In this document: positions 41,351 to 54,257 of the stretch, piece by piece | Layout of the letters: every line of letters begins with the position of its first letter | Position numbering within the stretch: the stretch's first letter is position 1 | Assembly (NCBI GenBank): GCA_963733375.1 | Contig: CAVTDB010000003.1 | Location: 1-64,000 of the forward strand | Source of the DNA: Nitrospirota bacterium | Lineage (GTDB): Bacteria > Nitrospirota > JACRHJ01 | DNA length: 64,000 nt | Direction of reading: 5' to 3' | Translations under genes and position numbers: made by a program | The notes under the pieces: model-generated | Database searches by the model: none | What the model saw: only the letters and a program-made list of their open reading frames with translations | What the model was told of the DNA's origin: nothing

Positions 41351-42772
41351 GTAAACTTCTTTTCGCTATTTTTATCCTTTTCGCGTTTAACGGCTGCATG
41401 GTCGGCCCGGACTATAAACGCCCGACGGTGGACATACCGGGGTCGTGGCGCACGCCGGAGACAAACGCTCAGGACATGGCCGACACGGCCTGGTGGGAGC
41501 AGTTCGGCGACCCGGCGCTTAACGAGCTTATAAAAACGGCCATACAACAGAACAAGGACTTGAAAGTGGCCTCGTACAGGGTGGAGGAGTTCGAAGGCCA
41601 GGTTATCACGACGCGCGCGCCTTTGTTTCCGCAGGTGGGCGCGGGATTTAGCGCACAGAGGAACCGTATCTCCGAAAAGGGCCAGGAACCGCTTTCCGGC
41701 TCGATTAAAAACCCGGCCAATATATTCAACGCGTCGATAAACGCAAGCTGGGAGATAGACCTGTGGGGCAGGATACAGGCGTTCGACCGAAGCGGCGCGC
41801 GCGGACCTTCTAAGCACCGAGGAGGCAAGGAGAGGCGTCATCCTTACCCTCGTAACGCAGGTGGCCGGAAGCTACGTGAACCTCCTCGACCTGGACAACC
41901 AGTTGGATATCGCGAAGCGAACGGCGAAGACACGCGGGGACTATTACGGGATATTTCAAAAGCGCTACAAGGCGGGCATAATATCGGACTTAGAGCTGTA
42001 TCAGGCAAAATCGCAATACGAGCAGGCGCTGGCGGCCATACCGGCCCTGGAAAAAGCCATTGCCCAGCAGGAGAATGCCTTAAGCCTTTTGATTGGCCGC
42101 AATCCCGGCCCAATACCGAGGGGCAAAGGCATCAATGGTCTTAACCTGCCTCCCATACCCCAGGGGCTGCCGTCGGAGCTGCTTGAGCGGCGGCCCGACA
42201 TACTTCAGGCGGAACAGAATTTAATCGCGGCCAACGCCCGCATCGGGGCCGCGAAGGCCCAGTATTTCCCGGCGATAACGCTGACCGGCGCGTTCGGCTT
42301 TTCCAGCACGCAGTTGTCGAGCCTGTTCACCGGCCCGGCGCGCGCCTGGAACTGGATGGGCACCGCAATCCAGCCCATCTTCACGGTGGGCCTGATTTCC
42401 GGGCAGGTAAAATCGGCGAAGGCGGTCCGGGAGGAGGCCCTTTTCCAGTATGAAAAGGCAATCCAGGACGCCTTCCGGGACGTGGACGACGCGCTCGTGG
42501 ACCAGATGCGAACGAAAGAGCAGCTTGAGGAACAGGCAAGGCTGGTGGAGTCGTTAAGGGTTTCCGCCAGGGTTGCGCGGCTCCGCTACGATAACGGCTA
42601 CACGAGCTATATCGACGTGCTCGACGCCGAGCGCAGTCTCTTCGACGCCGAGCTTGGCTATACCCAGACGAAAGGCGCGTTATTTCAGGCGCTGATAAAC
42701 CTTTACAAGGCGATGGGAGGCGGCTGGATAACGATGGCGGAAACGCCGGTTTCAAAGGCGCCGCCGGATTGA
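41347..42772 (+). CDS. NodT/OprM family outer membrane efflux lipoprotein (frameshifted)
   Basis: [11 protein letters not shown] lipobox, [24 protein letters not shown]. Confidence 0.9.
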
Positions 42773-42796
42773 CAACCCGTGCCCCGGAGCTATAAT
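42769..42796 (+). promoter_or_regulatory. Sigma70 promoter for the DUF4142 gene
   Basis: TTGACA-N16-TATAAT. Confidence 0.6.
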
Positions 42797-42838
42797 TTTA
42801 GAAGGGCTATGAGATATTTTAATCAGGAGGGATGTACA

Positions 42839-43362
42839 ATGAAAAAGATTTTAGCTTCAATATCAATACTCAGCTTCATGCTGATGGTTACGGTTCTGTT
42901 CGCGCAGGCCGCGGAGAAAACTTGACCGGAAGGACATGAAATTTGTCCACGATGCCGCAATCGGCGGCATGCTGCAAGTTCAGCTTGGGCAGATTGTAAA
43001 GGACAAGGCCCAGTCGCAGGACGTGAAGGATTTCGGCGCGCGCATGGTAACCGACCACACCGGAGTCAATACCGCGTTGAAACAACTCGCAGATAAGAAG
43101 GGTATAATGCTGCCCGATAAGCTGGACGCAAAGCATGAAAAAATCGTCGATAAGCTCTCCAAGCTCTCCGGCGCGGACTTCGACAAGGAATACATGAAGC
43201 ATATGGTGAAGGGCCATGAAAGCGATGTGGCTGCTTTTAAAAAGGCGTCTAAGGAGCTTAAAGGACCCGGACCTGAAGGACTTTGCCGCAAAGACGCTGC
43301 CGGCTTACGAGGAACACCTGAAACTGGCAAAGGAAACCGCCGCTAAATTAGGGGCTAAATAA
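42839..43362 (+). CDS. DUF4142 secreted protein (frameshifted)
   Basis: Signal peptide; VKDFGARMVTDH, FDKEYMKHMVKGH. Confidence 0.8.
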
Positions 43363-43390
43363 GCGGTTGTCGATACGACTTTGCCTTTTT

Positions 43391-43420
43391 AAGCCGCAGG
43401 GGTTTAACCCCCTGCGGTTT
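43391..43420. terminator. Intrinsic terminator
   Basis: AAGCCGCAGGGG-tttaac-CCCCTGCGGTTT. Confidence 0.65.
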
Positions 43421-43435
43421 CTATTTCACTGAAGG

Positions 43436-43885
43436 TTATCTGGACGTTAAAGGTATGTAATCGATATGCGCGGAGTCCAGTGCAGGCTTTTTGCCTACCC
43501 CGTAATAGAAGTAGCTTCCGATTATCGTGAAATCCTTCTCTTCTCCATTTGTCTTCATCGTTATGGCAAAAGGCGAGGCCGGGTAGAACGGTGATTCTAT
43601 GTCTTCATCACGCGGCATCCCTTCAGCCGAATTCACTATCTTGCCCTGCTCGTCCAGCCCGACCAGACTCAGCTTGACCGCTTGCAGTCCATTATCGAGG
43701 CTGAACGGTTCGACGAACCCCTGTGCGGTAACGGTATTTTTATCCGGCCGGATAATGTTCCAGTACACCTTGATAAAAAGCGTATTCTTGCGGAACTGGT
43801 AGTCCCGGGCATGATACGTAGTGGCGGAGTAGTGCGCACAACCCGCGAGCAGCAAAAGCGTTATAACGAGCGCCAGCTTTTTCAT
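43436..43885 (-). CDS. Hypothetical lipoprotein
   Basis: LLLAGC lipobox; AGGAGG RBS. Confidence 0.7.
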   Translation of the reverse strand: MKKLALVITLLLLAGCAHYSATTYHARDYQFRKNTLFIKVYWNIIRPDKNTVTAQGFVEPFSLDNGLQAVKLSLVGLDEQGKIVNSAEGMPRDEDIESPFYPASPFAITMKTNGEEKDFTIIGSYFYYGVGKKPALDSAHIDYIPLTSR

Positions 43886-43971
43886 TGCGATTCCCCTCCT
43901 GAAGAAACTCTTTTATTTTATTATATCTTTTATTTTTTAATCAGAGGGAAAGCGGAAGCGGCGGAATCCGC

Positions 43972-43995
43972 TTGACAAGTAAACGATTGTTCACT
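43972..43995 (+). promoter_or_regulatory. -35 TTGACA followed by a palindromic candidate SOS operator
   Basis: AGTAAAC-GATT-GTTCACT directly upstream of the lexA-like gene. Confidence 0.6.
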
Positions 43996-44019
43996 ATGCA
44001 CTATATGCATGAGGAAATT

Positions 44020-44604
44020 ATGAGAGAAAGGACAAAGATGGAATCCCATATCGTGGAAATAAACAGCTTTTACCGCGAAAAAGGCAGGATGCCGTCTTAT
44101 TCGGAGATGGGCGAACTCGTCGGGTTTAAATCCAAAAATGCCGTATTCAAGCTTGTCGGCAGGCTTGAGGCGGCGAATGTCCTGAAAAGAGACGATAAAG
44201 GCAGGCTTATCCCCGTCTCGATTAAAAATACGACGAAGGTGCTGGGCACGGTCGAGGCGGGCTGGCCGTCTCCCGCCGAAGAGGAGCTTGCCGACACTTT
44301 ATCCCTGGATGAATTTCTCATAGAGAACCCTGCCGCTACTTTCATGTTAAAAGTCTCGGGGGACTCCATGACGGGGGCCGGGATAATGCCGGGCGATATG
44401 GTCCTGGTCGATAAAGGCGCGGTGCCGAAAAGCGGAGATATAGTAATCGCCGAAGTCGATAACGAATGGACGATGAAATACTTGCGTAAAAGAGGCGAAA
44501 GCGTCTCGCTGGTCCCTGCAAATCCCGCTTACAAACCGATAAAGCCAAAAGACGAACTCCGCATTGCAGGCGTGGTAACCGCGGTAATAAGGAAGTATAA
44601 GTAA
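44020..44604 (+). CDS. lexA: LexA-family repressor with UmuD-like cleavage region (S24 peptidase)
   Basis: MPSYSEM...GFKS winged HTH; VEAGWPSPAEE; VSGDSM; EWTMK. Confidence 0.8.
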   Translation: MRERTKMESHIVEINSFYREKGRMPSYSEMGELVGFKSKNAVFKLVGRLEAANVLKRDDKGRLIPVSIKNTTKVLGTVEAGWPSPAEEELADTLSLDEFLIENPAATFMLKVSGDSMTGAGIMPGDMVLVDKGAVPKSGDIVIAEVDNEWTMKYLRKRGESVSLVPANPAYKPIKPKDELRIAGVVTAVIRKYK

Positions 44605-44622
44605 CCCCCACGGCAGCGCCAG

Positions 44623-45937
44623 ATGAATAATCAGCCTTTAACTATTTCCTCGTGGCCGCGGGCCATCCTCCATGTGGACGCCGACGCTTTCTTTGCGTCA
44701 TGCGAGCAGTCCCTGCACCCCGAATACAAGAACAGGCCGGTTATAACGGGCAAGGAGCGCGGTATAGTAGCCGCGTTCAGTTATGAGGCCAAGGCACGGG
44801 GCGTGAAGCGGGGCATGCGGCTTTTCGAGGCGAAGAAAGTTTGTCCCGACGCCGTGATACTTCCGTCCGATTATGAAAGTTACGGGCTCTTCTCTTTGCG
44901 CATGTTCGAGATACTTCGCCGGTTTTCCCCGGACGTGGAGGAGTACAGCATCGACGAGGCCTTCGTGGATTTAACCGGATTAAGGAGGAGCTTCCACGGC
45001 TCCTACGGGTCCATTGCCGAAAAGGTCCAGCAGACAATCCAGAAAGAGCTGGACCTTTCCGTGTCGGTCGGGGTGAGCCTCTCCAAGGTCCTTGCGAAGA
45101 TTGGATCAAAAAACAATAAACCCCATGGCATTACCATTATTCCCGGACGTGAAATCCATACATACCTTGAAAAACTACCCAGTGGAAAGCGTCTGGGGCA
45201 TCGGGAGAAATACCGCCGCCTATCTTAATAAATTCGGGATAAAGACGGCCCTGGACTTTGCCGGAAAAGACGAGGCTTTTCTAAAGAAACACTTATCGAA
45301 ACCGTATCAGGCCGTATGGCATGAGTTAAACGGCAGGAGCGTGTTCCCGGTAACGACGGAGACCAAAACCACCTATCAATCCATCGGAAAATCAAGGACG
45401 TTTACCCCGCCCTCAAGCGACAAGTCTTTCGTTTACGCCCAGCTGTCGAAAAACCTGGAAAACGCATGCATAAAAGCCAGGCGCTATAACCTCGCCGCCA
45501 AGCGGCTAATCCTTTTCTTAAAGAGGCAGGATTTCAGTCATGACGGTCTGGAGATTTCGCTGACACGGCCCACGGCGTATCCCGTCGAATTATTCGAGAC
45601 GTTAAGGGAGGGATTTTCCCAGGTATTCAAATCTAAAGTCTTATACCGTTCCACGGGTGTCGTCCTTGCGGGCCTCATGCCGGAGGTCCAGGTCCAGTAT
45701 ACCCTCTTCGACGACACCGCGAAGATTAAGAAGATGGAAAAGATATACAGCGCCATCGACGCCTTATCGAATAAATACGGGAAACATACAGTCCAGCATT
45801 GTTCAAGCCTGCCGACTAAAATACAGGCCCAGCATGAGGGCGAGCGCGGGGACGTGCCCGTGAGGAAAGACGACCTGTTAAGGGGAGAGAACAAACGGCA
45901 GCGGATAGGAGTCCCGATGGTTTATATCAAGATTTAG
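44623..45937 (+). CDS. dinB: Y-family DNA polymerase (Pol IV/UmuC-like), frameshift near 45180
   Basis: LHVDADAFFASCE, YEAKARGV, YSIDEAFVD, WGIG. Confidence 0.88.
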
Positions 45938-45978
45938 GGGCAAGCGGAAGCCCGCGCAGTTTAGCGCTGCGGTCCCAC

Positions 45979-46010
45979 AAAAAAGGCCCCGGAATATTCC
46001 GGGGCCTTTT
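45979..46010. terminator. Bidirectional terminator
   Basis: AAAAGGCCCCGGAAT-ATTCCGGGGCCTTTT. Confidence 0.75.
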
Positions 46011-46033
46011 GGATTTACCAATCGTTTTTCAGT

Positions 46034-46231
46034 TTACGCGTTCCTGACGTTGACCGCCTGTGGTCCCTTCGGGCCGTCAGTCACTTCAAACTCTACCTGC
46101 TGTCCTTCGCTCAGGCTCTTGAAACCTTCCATCTTTATCTCGGAAAAATGCACGAACACGTCCTTGCCTTCTTCCGGAGTGATGAAACCATAGCCCTTGC
46201 TCTCATTGAACCACTTCACTGTACCCTTCAA
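46034..46231 (-). CDS. cspA: Cold-shock protein
   Basis: [12 protein letters not shown] and DVFVHFS RNP motifs. Confidence 0.95.
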   Translation of the reverse strand: MKGTVKWFNESKGYGFITPEEGKDVFVHFSEIKMEGFKSLSEGQQVEFEVTDGPKGPQAVNVRNA

Positions 46232-46433
46232 TTCAATACCCCTTTTTCCTTGGCGGGCGCAAATTTGCGCTTTTCGCCAGTTGTAAACCTGTTAAAATGT
46301 CATTTAATATAGATCTACAAGAAAACAGGCATAAAGAAAGCTGCCAGCAACGCTGGCTGCAACACTTGATATAATTATATCTGATTATCGCCGGGATGTA
46401 CAGTTTTAATTAAGCGCCCTGTAAAGAGGTGGC

Positions 46434-46823
46434 ATGATGAAATTTATAGTCCTGCCGGGAAGAATACTTTTTGCGGCGATATTCGTCATGGCCGCGCCGA
46501 ACCACTTCAAGGCGGCCACCATCGCATACGCCTCGGGGCACGGCGTCCCCATGGCCGGCATACTCGTGCCGCTATCGGGGGTGATGGCGCTCATGGGGGG
46601 CCTCAGCATAATCCTCGGATATAAGGCGCGGTACGGGGCATGGCTCCTGGTGCTGTTCCTTGTCCCGGTGACCTTTACGATGCATAACTTCTGGGCCGTG
46701 GCCGACCCGTCGGCGGCGAAGTTCCAGCAGGTCATGTTCATAAAAAATATCTCGATGCTGGGCGCGGCACTGATGATCACTTACTTCGGGTCCGGGCCGT
46801 TCAGCCTCGACAGGGGAAAATAA
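46434..46823 (+). CDS. DoxX family membrane protein
   Basis: GRILFAAIF, MHNFW, FIKNISMLG, GSGPFSLD. Confidence 0.88.
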   Translation: MMKFIVLPGRILFAAIFVMAAPNHFKAATIAYASGHGVPMAGILVPLSGVMALMGGLSIILGYKARYGAWLLVLFLVPVTFTMHNFWAVADPSAAKFQQVMFIKNISMLGAALMITYFGSGPFSLDRGK

Positions 46824-46869
46824 CTGAGAGATATTATGAATTTGCAGGCCCGGAAATAATCCCCCATAG

Positions 46870-48645
<1,776 letters not shown>

Positions 48646-48659
<14 letters not shown>

Positions 48660-48945
48660 CGGGTTGAGCAGGAAGGACTTCTTAAAGGAAGTTGACGACG
48701 AGTCCAGGCGGCTGAAGGCCTCGAGGGGCGACAAAAAGGGGATGTGGCATTACCTCGCCTCGTCGGTCTCGGTTGGGTGGCTCGTAGTCATTCCGGCCTT
48801 GGGCGGCGCGTACCTGGGCAGGTACCTGGACCGCCGCCTGAACATGGGCGGATTTTGGACTCTGAGCCTCATGATGGCGGGCATTGTGGCCGGGATATTC
48901 TGGATATGGTATTCGGGTATGGGAAGAGGCGGTAAACTGAAATGA
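48646..48945 (+). CDS. atpQ: AtpZ/AtpQ (ATPase gene 1) membrane protein
   Basis: VGWLVVIPALGGAYLGRYLD motif. Confidence 0.8.
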
Positions 48946-49626
48946 CGAACATATCGTCCGACATCATTTTCACGGCTGGGCCCTGTCGAAATCTCGGACG
49001 CCGTGGTGATAACCTGGGCCGGGATGGCGGTCGCGATAATCCTGGGTTACATCGCGGGCAAGAGGCTCAAGCTTTACCCGCGCAAGTGGCAGAACCTGCT
49101 CGAAGCCGCGGCTACCGGCGTGAACTCCGCCATCGAGGAGGTCATGGAGCGCGACCCGTGGCCTTTTTTCCCGTTGATAGCGACAATATGGTTCATGATT
49201 GGCTGCGCCAACCTGACGGGAATAGTCCCGGGCCTCATTTCACCCACGAGGGACATAAGCACCGCGGCGGCGCTGGCCGCGATATCGTTTCTATCCGTCC
49301 ATTACTTCGGGATCAGGTACAGAGGGTTCCTGCACTACCTCAAGCACTACATGGAGCCTGTCTGGGTACTCTTTCCGTTCCACATAATAAGCGAGCTGTC
49401 CAGGACCGTCGCCCTGATGCTGAGGCTTTTCGGAAACGTAATGAGCGGCGAGATGATAGCCGGCGTGCTCCTTATCGTGGCGGGGTTTTTGGTGCCCGTC
49501 CCTTTCGCGCTGCTCGAGGTAGTCGTGGCAATCCTTCAGGCATACATATTCGGGATGCTGACGCTCATATTCATAGCGGCCGGCGTACAGGCCATTGAGG
49601 TCGAGAAAACAAAGGAGGCGGCTTAA
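48942..49626 (+). CDS. atpB: ATPase subunit a (frameshift near 48985)
   Basis: [10 protein letters not shown] with conserved Arg; LQAYIF. Confidence 0.9.
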
Positions 49627-49627
49627 A

Positions 49628-49894
49628 ATGGATTCCAAAACGATCGTGGTAGTCGTATCCATCGCGGCGGCGGCGCTGGCCATCGCGATCGGAGGTTACG
49701 GTCCGGCAAGGTCCGAGGGCGAGGCTGTCGCGAAGGCGATGGAGGCGATAGCCAGACAGCCTGAGTCGTCCGGCCAGATAATGAGGACGCTCTTCGTGGG
49801 CCTGGCCTTCATCGAGGCGATAGCGATATACGCGCTCGTTATAGCCATGGTCATCCTGTTCGCCAACCCGCTCCTGGAGTTCATCAAAAAATGA
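49628..49894 (+). CDS. atpE: ATPase subunit c
   Basis: ARQPE loop; FIEAIAIY. Confidence 0.92.
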   Translation: MDSKTIVVVVSIAAAALAIAIGGYGPARSEGEAVAKAMEAIARQPESSGQIMRTLFVGLAFIEAIAIYALVIAMVILFANPLLEFIKK

Positions 49895-50625
49895 AATTCA
49901 GCATAACGACATTCGTTATACAGATAATCAATTTCGTGCTGCTCTCCTACATCCTGTACCGCGTCCTGTACAAGCCGCTCAGGAACATCATGGAGAAACG
50001 CAGGCGGCTCGTGATGGAAGACATCGACCGCGCCTTGCGGATGAAGGAGGACGCTGTAAAGCTCAAGGAGAAGTACGAAAAACTGATGAAGGAGATCGAC
50101 AGCTTCGAGAAGAAGGAGATGGAAAAGGCGGTGGGACAGGGCGAAGAGGCCAAAGCCGCAATACTCGAACGTGCCTCGCGCGAGGCGCGTGAAGAAAAAG
50201 AGAAAGCCGCCGCGGTCATAGAGAATGAGCGCAGGGAGATGATGTCTTCACTGAAGATGGACGCCGCCGAGATCAGCGCGGAGCTGGCTTCAAGGCTCCT
50301 TTCCTCCCTGGCGGACGTGTCGCTCCACAGGAAGCTGGTGGAGATGATGCTTAAGGAGCTTGAGGAACATCCGCCTTCCGTGGCCGGGAGGCCCGGCGAA
50401 GGCGCGAAGGCGGTCGTGGCGTCCGCGTACGCCCTTGACGAATCGGAGTCCAGAAGCATGGAGACGCTGCTGAAGGACTACGTCGGGCAAAGGGTCGCCA
50501 TAGAACAGAAGGTCGAGCCGGAACTTATCGCGGGCGTGAGGCTGTGGCTGGACGGACACGTGCTCGACGGGAGCATCAAGGGCCAGCTGGCCGCATTCAA
50601 GGAACGCGCCCTGGAGGGGCCTTAA
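49891..50625 (+). CDS. atpF: ATPase subunit b with fused delta-like domain
   Basis: QIINF.LL, LYKP, coiled coil, [10 protein letters not shown]-terminus. Confidence 0.88.
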   Translation: MKFSITTFVIQIINFVLLSYILYRVLYKPLRNIMEKRRRLVMEDIDRALRMKEDAVKLKEKYEKLMKEIDSFEKKEMEKAVGQGEEAKAAILERASREAREEKEKAAAVIENERREMMSSLKMDAAEISAELASRLLSSLADVSLHRKLVEMMLKELEEHPPSVAGRPGEGAKAVVASAYALDESESRSMETLLKDYVGQRVAIEQKVEPELIAGVRLWLDGHVLDGSIKGQLAAFKERALEGP

Positions 50626-50630
50626 GCGAA

Positions 50631-52172
50631 GTGGATGCGATAATAGAAAAACTGAGGCAGGCGGCGGGCCGCGCCTCCATGCAGGTCGTCAGGCAGTCGG
50701 AGGGCGTGGTGCTCTCCGTGGGCGACGGCATCGCGACGATAAGCGGGCTATACGGCGCGAGCCTTTACGAATTGCTGGAGTTTCCGGGCGGCGTCAAGGG
50801 TATCGCTTTCGACCTGGACCCGGAGGTGATCCGTGTGGTGCTCCTTGAAGGCGAGGAGGGCATAAGCACGGGGGACACGGTAAGGCTGACCGGCAGGACG
50901 CTCTCGGTACCAGTGGGCGAGGGCTTTATCGGGCGGGTAATCAGCCCGATCGGGAGGCCGCTCGACGGGTTTGCGCCGCCCGCGGCGTCCAGCTACTACC
51001 CGCTTGAACGCGTCGCGCCGGCCGTGGTAAAGAGGGACTACGTCTCCCAGCCTGTTTATACCGGCATCCGCGCGATCGATTCCATGATACCAATCGGAAG
51101 GGGCCAGCGCGAGCTTATCGTGGGCGACAGCGCAAGCGGCAAGACGTCGATCGCCATAGACACCATAATCAACCAGAAGGGCAAGGACATCCTGTGCGTG
51201 TATGTGGCGGTAGGCCAGAAGGTCTCCACTACGCTAAGGGTGGTCGAGCAGCTTAAGAAGCATGACGCGATGGGGCATACGTTAATCGTGTGCGCCGGCG
51301 CGGACACCCCGCTTGGGCTTCAGTACATTGCGCCTTACGCGGGCTGCGCCATCGCCGAGTCTTTTTTCGACAGGGGCATCGATACGCTTGTCGTATACGA
51401 CGACCTGACAAGGCACGCCGAGGCGTACCGCTCGCTTTCGCTTTTGCTGAGGCGTCCTCCCGGCAGAGAGGCGTTTCCGGGTGATATCTTCTTCCTGCAC
51501 TCCCGGCTGCTGGAGCGCTCCGCCAAGCTCGCAAGCCACTACGGCGGCGCGTCCATGACCGCCTTGCCGATAGTCGAGACGCAGTCCGGCAGGATATCGA
51601 GCTACATCCCCACGAACCTCATCTCGATAACGGACGGCCAGATATACCTTGACCCCGAGCTGTTCGACAAGGGCATACTGCCGGCCATTGACCTGCGGAA
51701 ATCGGTTTCGAGGGTCGGCGGCAAGGCGCAGGCGCCGGCGATGCGCGAGGTATCAAAGAGGCTGAAGATAGAATACGAGCATTTCATGGAGGTGGAGGTA
51801 TTCACCAAGTTCGGGGCGAAGTTAGACAGTGAGACGCTCTCGGTATTGAGGCGCGGCGAGCTTTTAAGAGAGATACTGAAGCAGGAGCGGTTCAAGCCAA
51901 TGCCTGCCGAGGAGCAGGTCTGCGTGTTCCATGCCCACGGGCAGGGATACCTGGACGGACTGAAGCCGGAGGAGGTCTGGCCGTTTCTCGGCGCGTATAT
52001 AAAAGAGCTTCACTCGCTGCAGGAGGACCTCTTAGACGAGTTGCGGGGCGACAAGACGCTTACATCCAGGATGAAGACCAGGCTTGAAAAAACCCTGAAA
52101 AGGATGACAGCCAGGAAAACGGTGACGGATGATATCGAGCAGGGAACTGGAGAACCGGAGAAAGAGCAATAA
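50631..52172 (+). CDS. atpA: ATPase alpha subunit
   Basis: GRGQRELIVGD, YDDLTRHA, RPPGREAFPGD, SITDGQ. Confidence 0.95.
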   Translation: MDAIIEKLRQAAGRASMQVVRQSEGVVLSVGDGIATISGLYGASLYELLEFPGGVKGIAFDLDPEVIRVVLLEGEEGISTGDTVRLTGRTLSVPVGEGFIGRVISPIGRPLDGFAPPAASSYYPLERVAPAVVKRDYVSQPVYTGIRAIDSMIPIGRGQRELIVGDSASGKTSIAIDTIINQKGKDILCVYVAVGQKVSTTLRVVEQLKKHDAMGHTLIVCAGADTPLGLQYIAPYAGCAIAESFFDRGIDTLVVYDDLTRHAEAYRSLSLLLRRPPGREAFPGDIFFLHSRLLERSAKLASHYGGASMTALPIVETQSGRISSYIPTNLISITDGQIYLDPELFDKGILPAIDLRKSVSRVGGKAQAPAMREVSKRLKIEYEHFMEVEVFTKFGAKLDSETLSVLRRGELLREILKQERFKPMPAEEQVCVFHAHGQGYLDGLKPEEVWPFLGAYIKELHSLQEDLLDELRGDKTLTSRMKTRLEKTLKRMTARKTVTDDIEQGTGEPEKEQ

Positions 52173-52983
52173 ATCAATCCTGGGCGTCGTCAAGGCGATG
52201 AAGGCCCTGTCCGCGGCGAACGTCCGGAAAGGCGGGAGCGTGCTCGAACACACGCGCCGGTACAGGGAGTTCGTGGACCGGGCCGCTTCAGTCGCGGCCT
52301 CGCTTCCGGGAGTCAGCATACTGCCGCAGGGCGAAAAGACGCTGATCGTGGCTTTCGGCTCTCAGTACGGGCTATGCGGGGCGCTGAACGAACGGGTATT
52401 GGAAGAGGTTGCCGAGGCCGTCACTGGGCGGGCGGATATAGCGGGAATAATCTACACGGGCAGGCGTATAGCGGACCGGGCACCCACCCTTTTCATCCCG
52501 GCGGAAGACATCGACGCGCCGGGCTCCGTAGATGGGCTCGACGAGACGGTCAGCGAGCTTCTGACGATGATTTACAACAGATACAAGGACGAGGTTTTTG
52601 GAGAGCTGCTCTTCATATACCCGTCGTTCGCACAGGATACGCTCATGGTAAACCGGCACCCCGTCCTGCCGCCCCCCTTCAAGCCGCAAGAGATGGAGCG
52701 TGCCTTGCCGCCCATGCTCTACATCCCGCCTGCCTCCGTGATGGAAGGGGTGTTAGAGGAATATATTTATGTCCAGCTTTACGCCACCGCGCTCGAGACG
52801 GTGATAGCGGAGAACGAAAGCCGGATGCGGAGCATGGACTACGCCGAAAAAAATATCAAGAAGCGCATCGATGAGCTGTCGAGTTCCTACAATTACGCGC
52901 TCCAGGAGGAGGTCACGGGAGAGATCCTCGAGATAATCGGCGGATACGAGGCCCTCGGGGTGCATTTAAAAAACACGCGATAA
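52129..52983 (+). CDS. atpG: ATPase gamma subunit
   Basis: VKAMKAL, GLCGALN, ENESRMRSM, QEEVTGEILEIIGG. Confidence 0.88.
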   Translation: MISSRELENRRKSNKSILGVVKAMKALSAANVRKGGSVLEHTRRYREFVDRAASVAASLPGVSILPQGEKTLIVAFGSQYGLCGALNERVLEEVAEAVTGRADIAGIIYTGRRIADRAPTLFIPAEDIDAPGSVDGLDETVSELLTMIYNRYKDEVFGELLFIYPSFAQDTLMVNRHPVLPPPFKPQEMERALPPMLYIPPASVMEGVLEEYIYVQLYATALETVIAENESRMRSMDYAEKNIKKRIDELSSSYNYALQEEVTGEILEIIGGYEALGVHLKNTR

Positions 52984-53011
52984 ATGATTTAAATCAGCAT
53001 GGTTTTGCACC

Positions 53012-53048
53012 AAAAATAAGCCACCCTTACGGTGGCTTATTGATTTTT
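53012..53048. terminator. Bidirectional terminator
   Basis: AATAAGCCACC-CTTAC-GGTGGCTTATT. Confidence 0.7.
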
Positions 53049-53128
53049 GCCGCCCGGGCCGGGACTCGAAACCAAGGGTATAATTACGCTACTCCTGCCC
53101 TTATCCCGCCCTTAACGGCGCTAATCCA

Positions 53129-53605
53129 TCATGCCGCTTTTTTGAACGCGACTTTGGCAGCCTCCTCGATTTCCTTCGCCGTCATGTCCTTTACATGGGT
53201 GGCGAGGCTCCAGCAGTACCCGAACTGGTCATGCACCGTGCCGACCCGGTCTCCCCAGAACATGTCATCTACGGCCATCTTGGACTGGGCGCCCGCTGTT
53301 ACGGCCTTTTTGTAGGCTTCGTCCACGTTTTCGAGGTAAATATAGAAGCTGACGGGGGAGCCTCCCAGGGTTTCCGCGCTTTTATTTTGCATCTGCGGGT
53401 TTTCATCCATAATCATGAAGATCGAGTCGCCTATCTGGATTTCCGCGTGCATCACCCCTTTGCCGTCCGGTCCGGGCATGGCGTAGCGCTCAACGGCGCC
53501 AAGGGCCTTTTTGTAAAAATCGATGGCCTTTCGGGCGTCCTTGAACGTCAACGTCGGCGTGACGCTGTGATATCCTTCCGGTATTGCTTTTGGCATTTCC
53601 AGCAC
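53129..53605 (-). CDS. VOC/PhnB family (glyoxalase-like) protein
   Basis: IPEGYHSVTP, MHAEIQIGDS, DMFWGDR. Confidence 0.88.
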   Translation of the reverse strand: MLEMPKAIPEGYHSVTPTLTFKDARKAIDFYKKALGAVERYAMPGPDGKGVMHAEIQIGDSIFMIMDENPQMQNKSAETLGGSPVSFYIYLENVDEAYKKAVTAGAQSKMAVDDMFWGDRVGTVHDQFGYCWSLATHVKDMTAKEIEEAAKVAFKKAA

Positions 53606-53749
53606 CTCCTTGTAATACAGGCTTTTTCTCCTTTATATATAATTTTAGCACATATATGGAGGTAATCAAATTTGCCGCAATCCGGCTGCTCCGTTATATA
53701 TCTAAAAAGGCTTGCGCTGGCAGAAAGGGGTATTCGTCGGCTTAAGAAG

Positions 53750-54082
53750 TTATTTTGAATCGGACGGGAGGCGATAGGCTACGAAGGCGAAACAGAAAGA
53801 GATAAAGATGGCGATACAGGCTATGGTGTATGCGAGCTGTTGCCCATGCCATAACCCGTCAAACCACTGCATGAATTCCGTCGCAAGCACATTAGCGGTC
53901 CCGCCGTAGATTTCCACCTCGCGCAGGTACGCCTTGGAATTATCGAGCCCGGGCATCGGCACGCTATCCGGCGGGCCGCCGGAGGAAAGATAAATAGAAA
54001 GGGCGCCAGTCAAACCAACCAGTAGAATTATGGCGGAAATGAGGTAGAGCAGCGTCCGCTTTTGTATTGTCGTCTTTTGCAA
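53750..54082 (-). CDS. Hypothetical two-TM membrane protein
   Basis: Two hydrophobic helices; YGGTANVLA...WFDGLWHG. Confidence 0.6.
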   Translation of the reverse strand: MQKTTIQKRTLLYLISAIILLVGLTGALSIYLSSGGPPDSVPMPGLDNSKAYLREVEIYGGTANVLATEFMQWFDGLWHGQQLAYTIACIAIFISFCFAFVAYRLPSDSK

Positions 54083-54257
54083 ATTTTATCCTGCATATCA
54101 ATAAAAAAGTCAGGCCGGGAGCCTTAAAGGCAGGCTCCCTGCCCGACCGTGACGCCGTCTAATCGAAGCCCGACACTATTCCTCCCCTTCTTCCTTTTCC
54201 CCACCCATCTTCATTTTATCCATCTTCATTTTATCGCAGCAGGCCATGCCGCAACCC

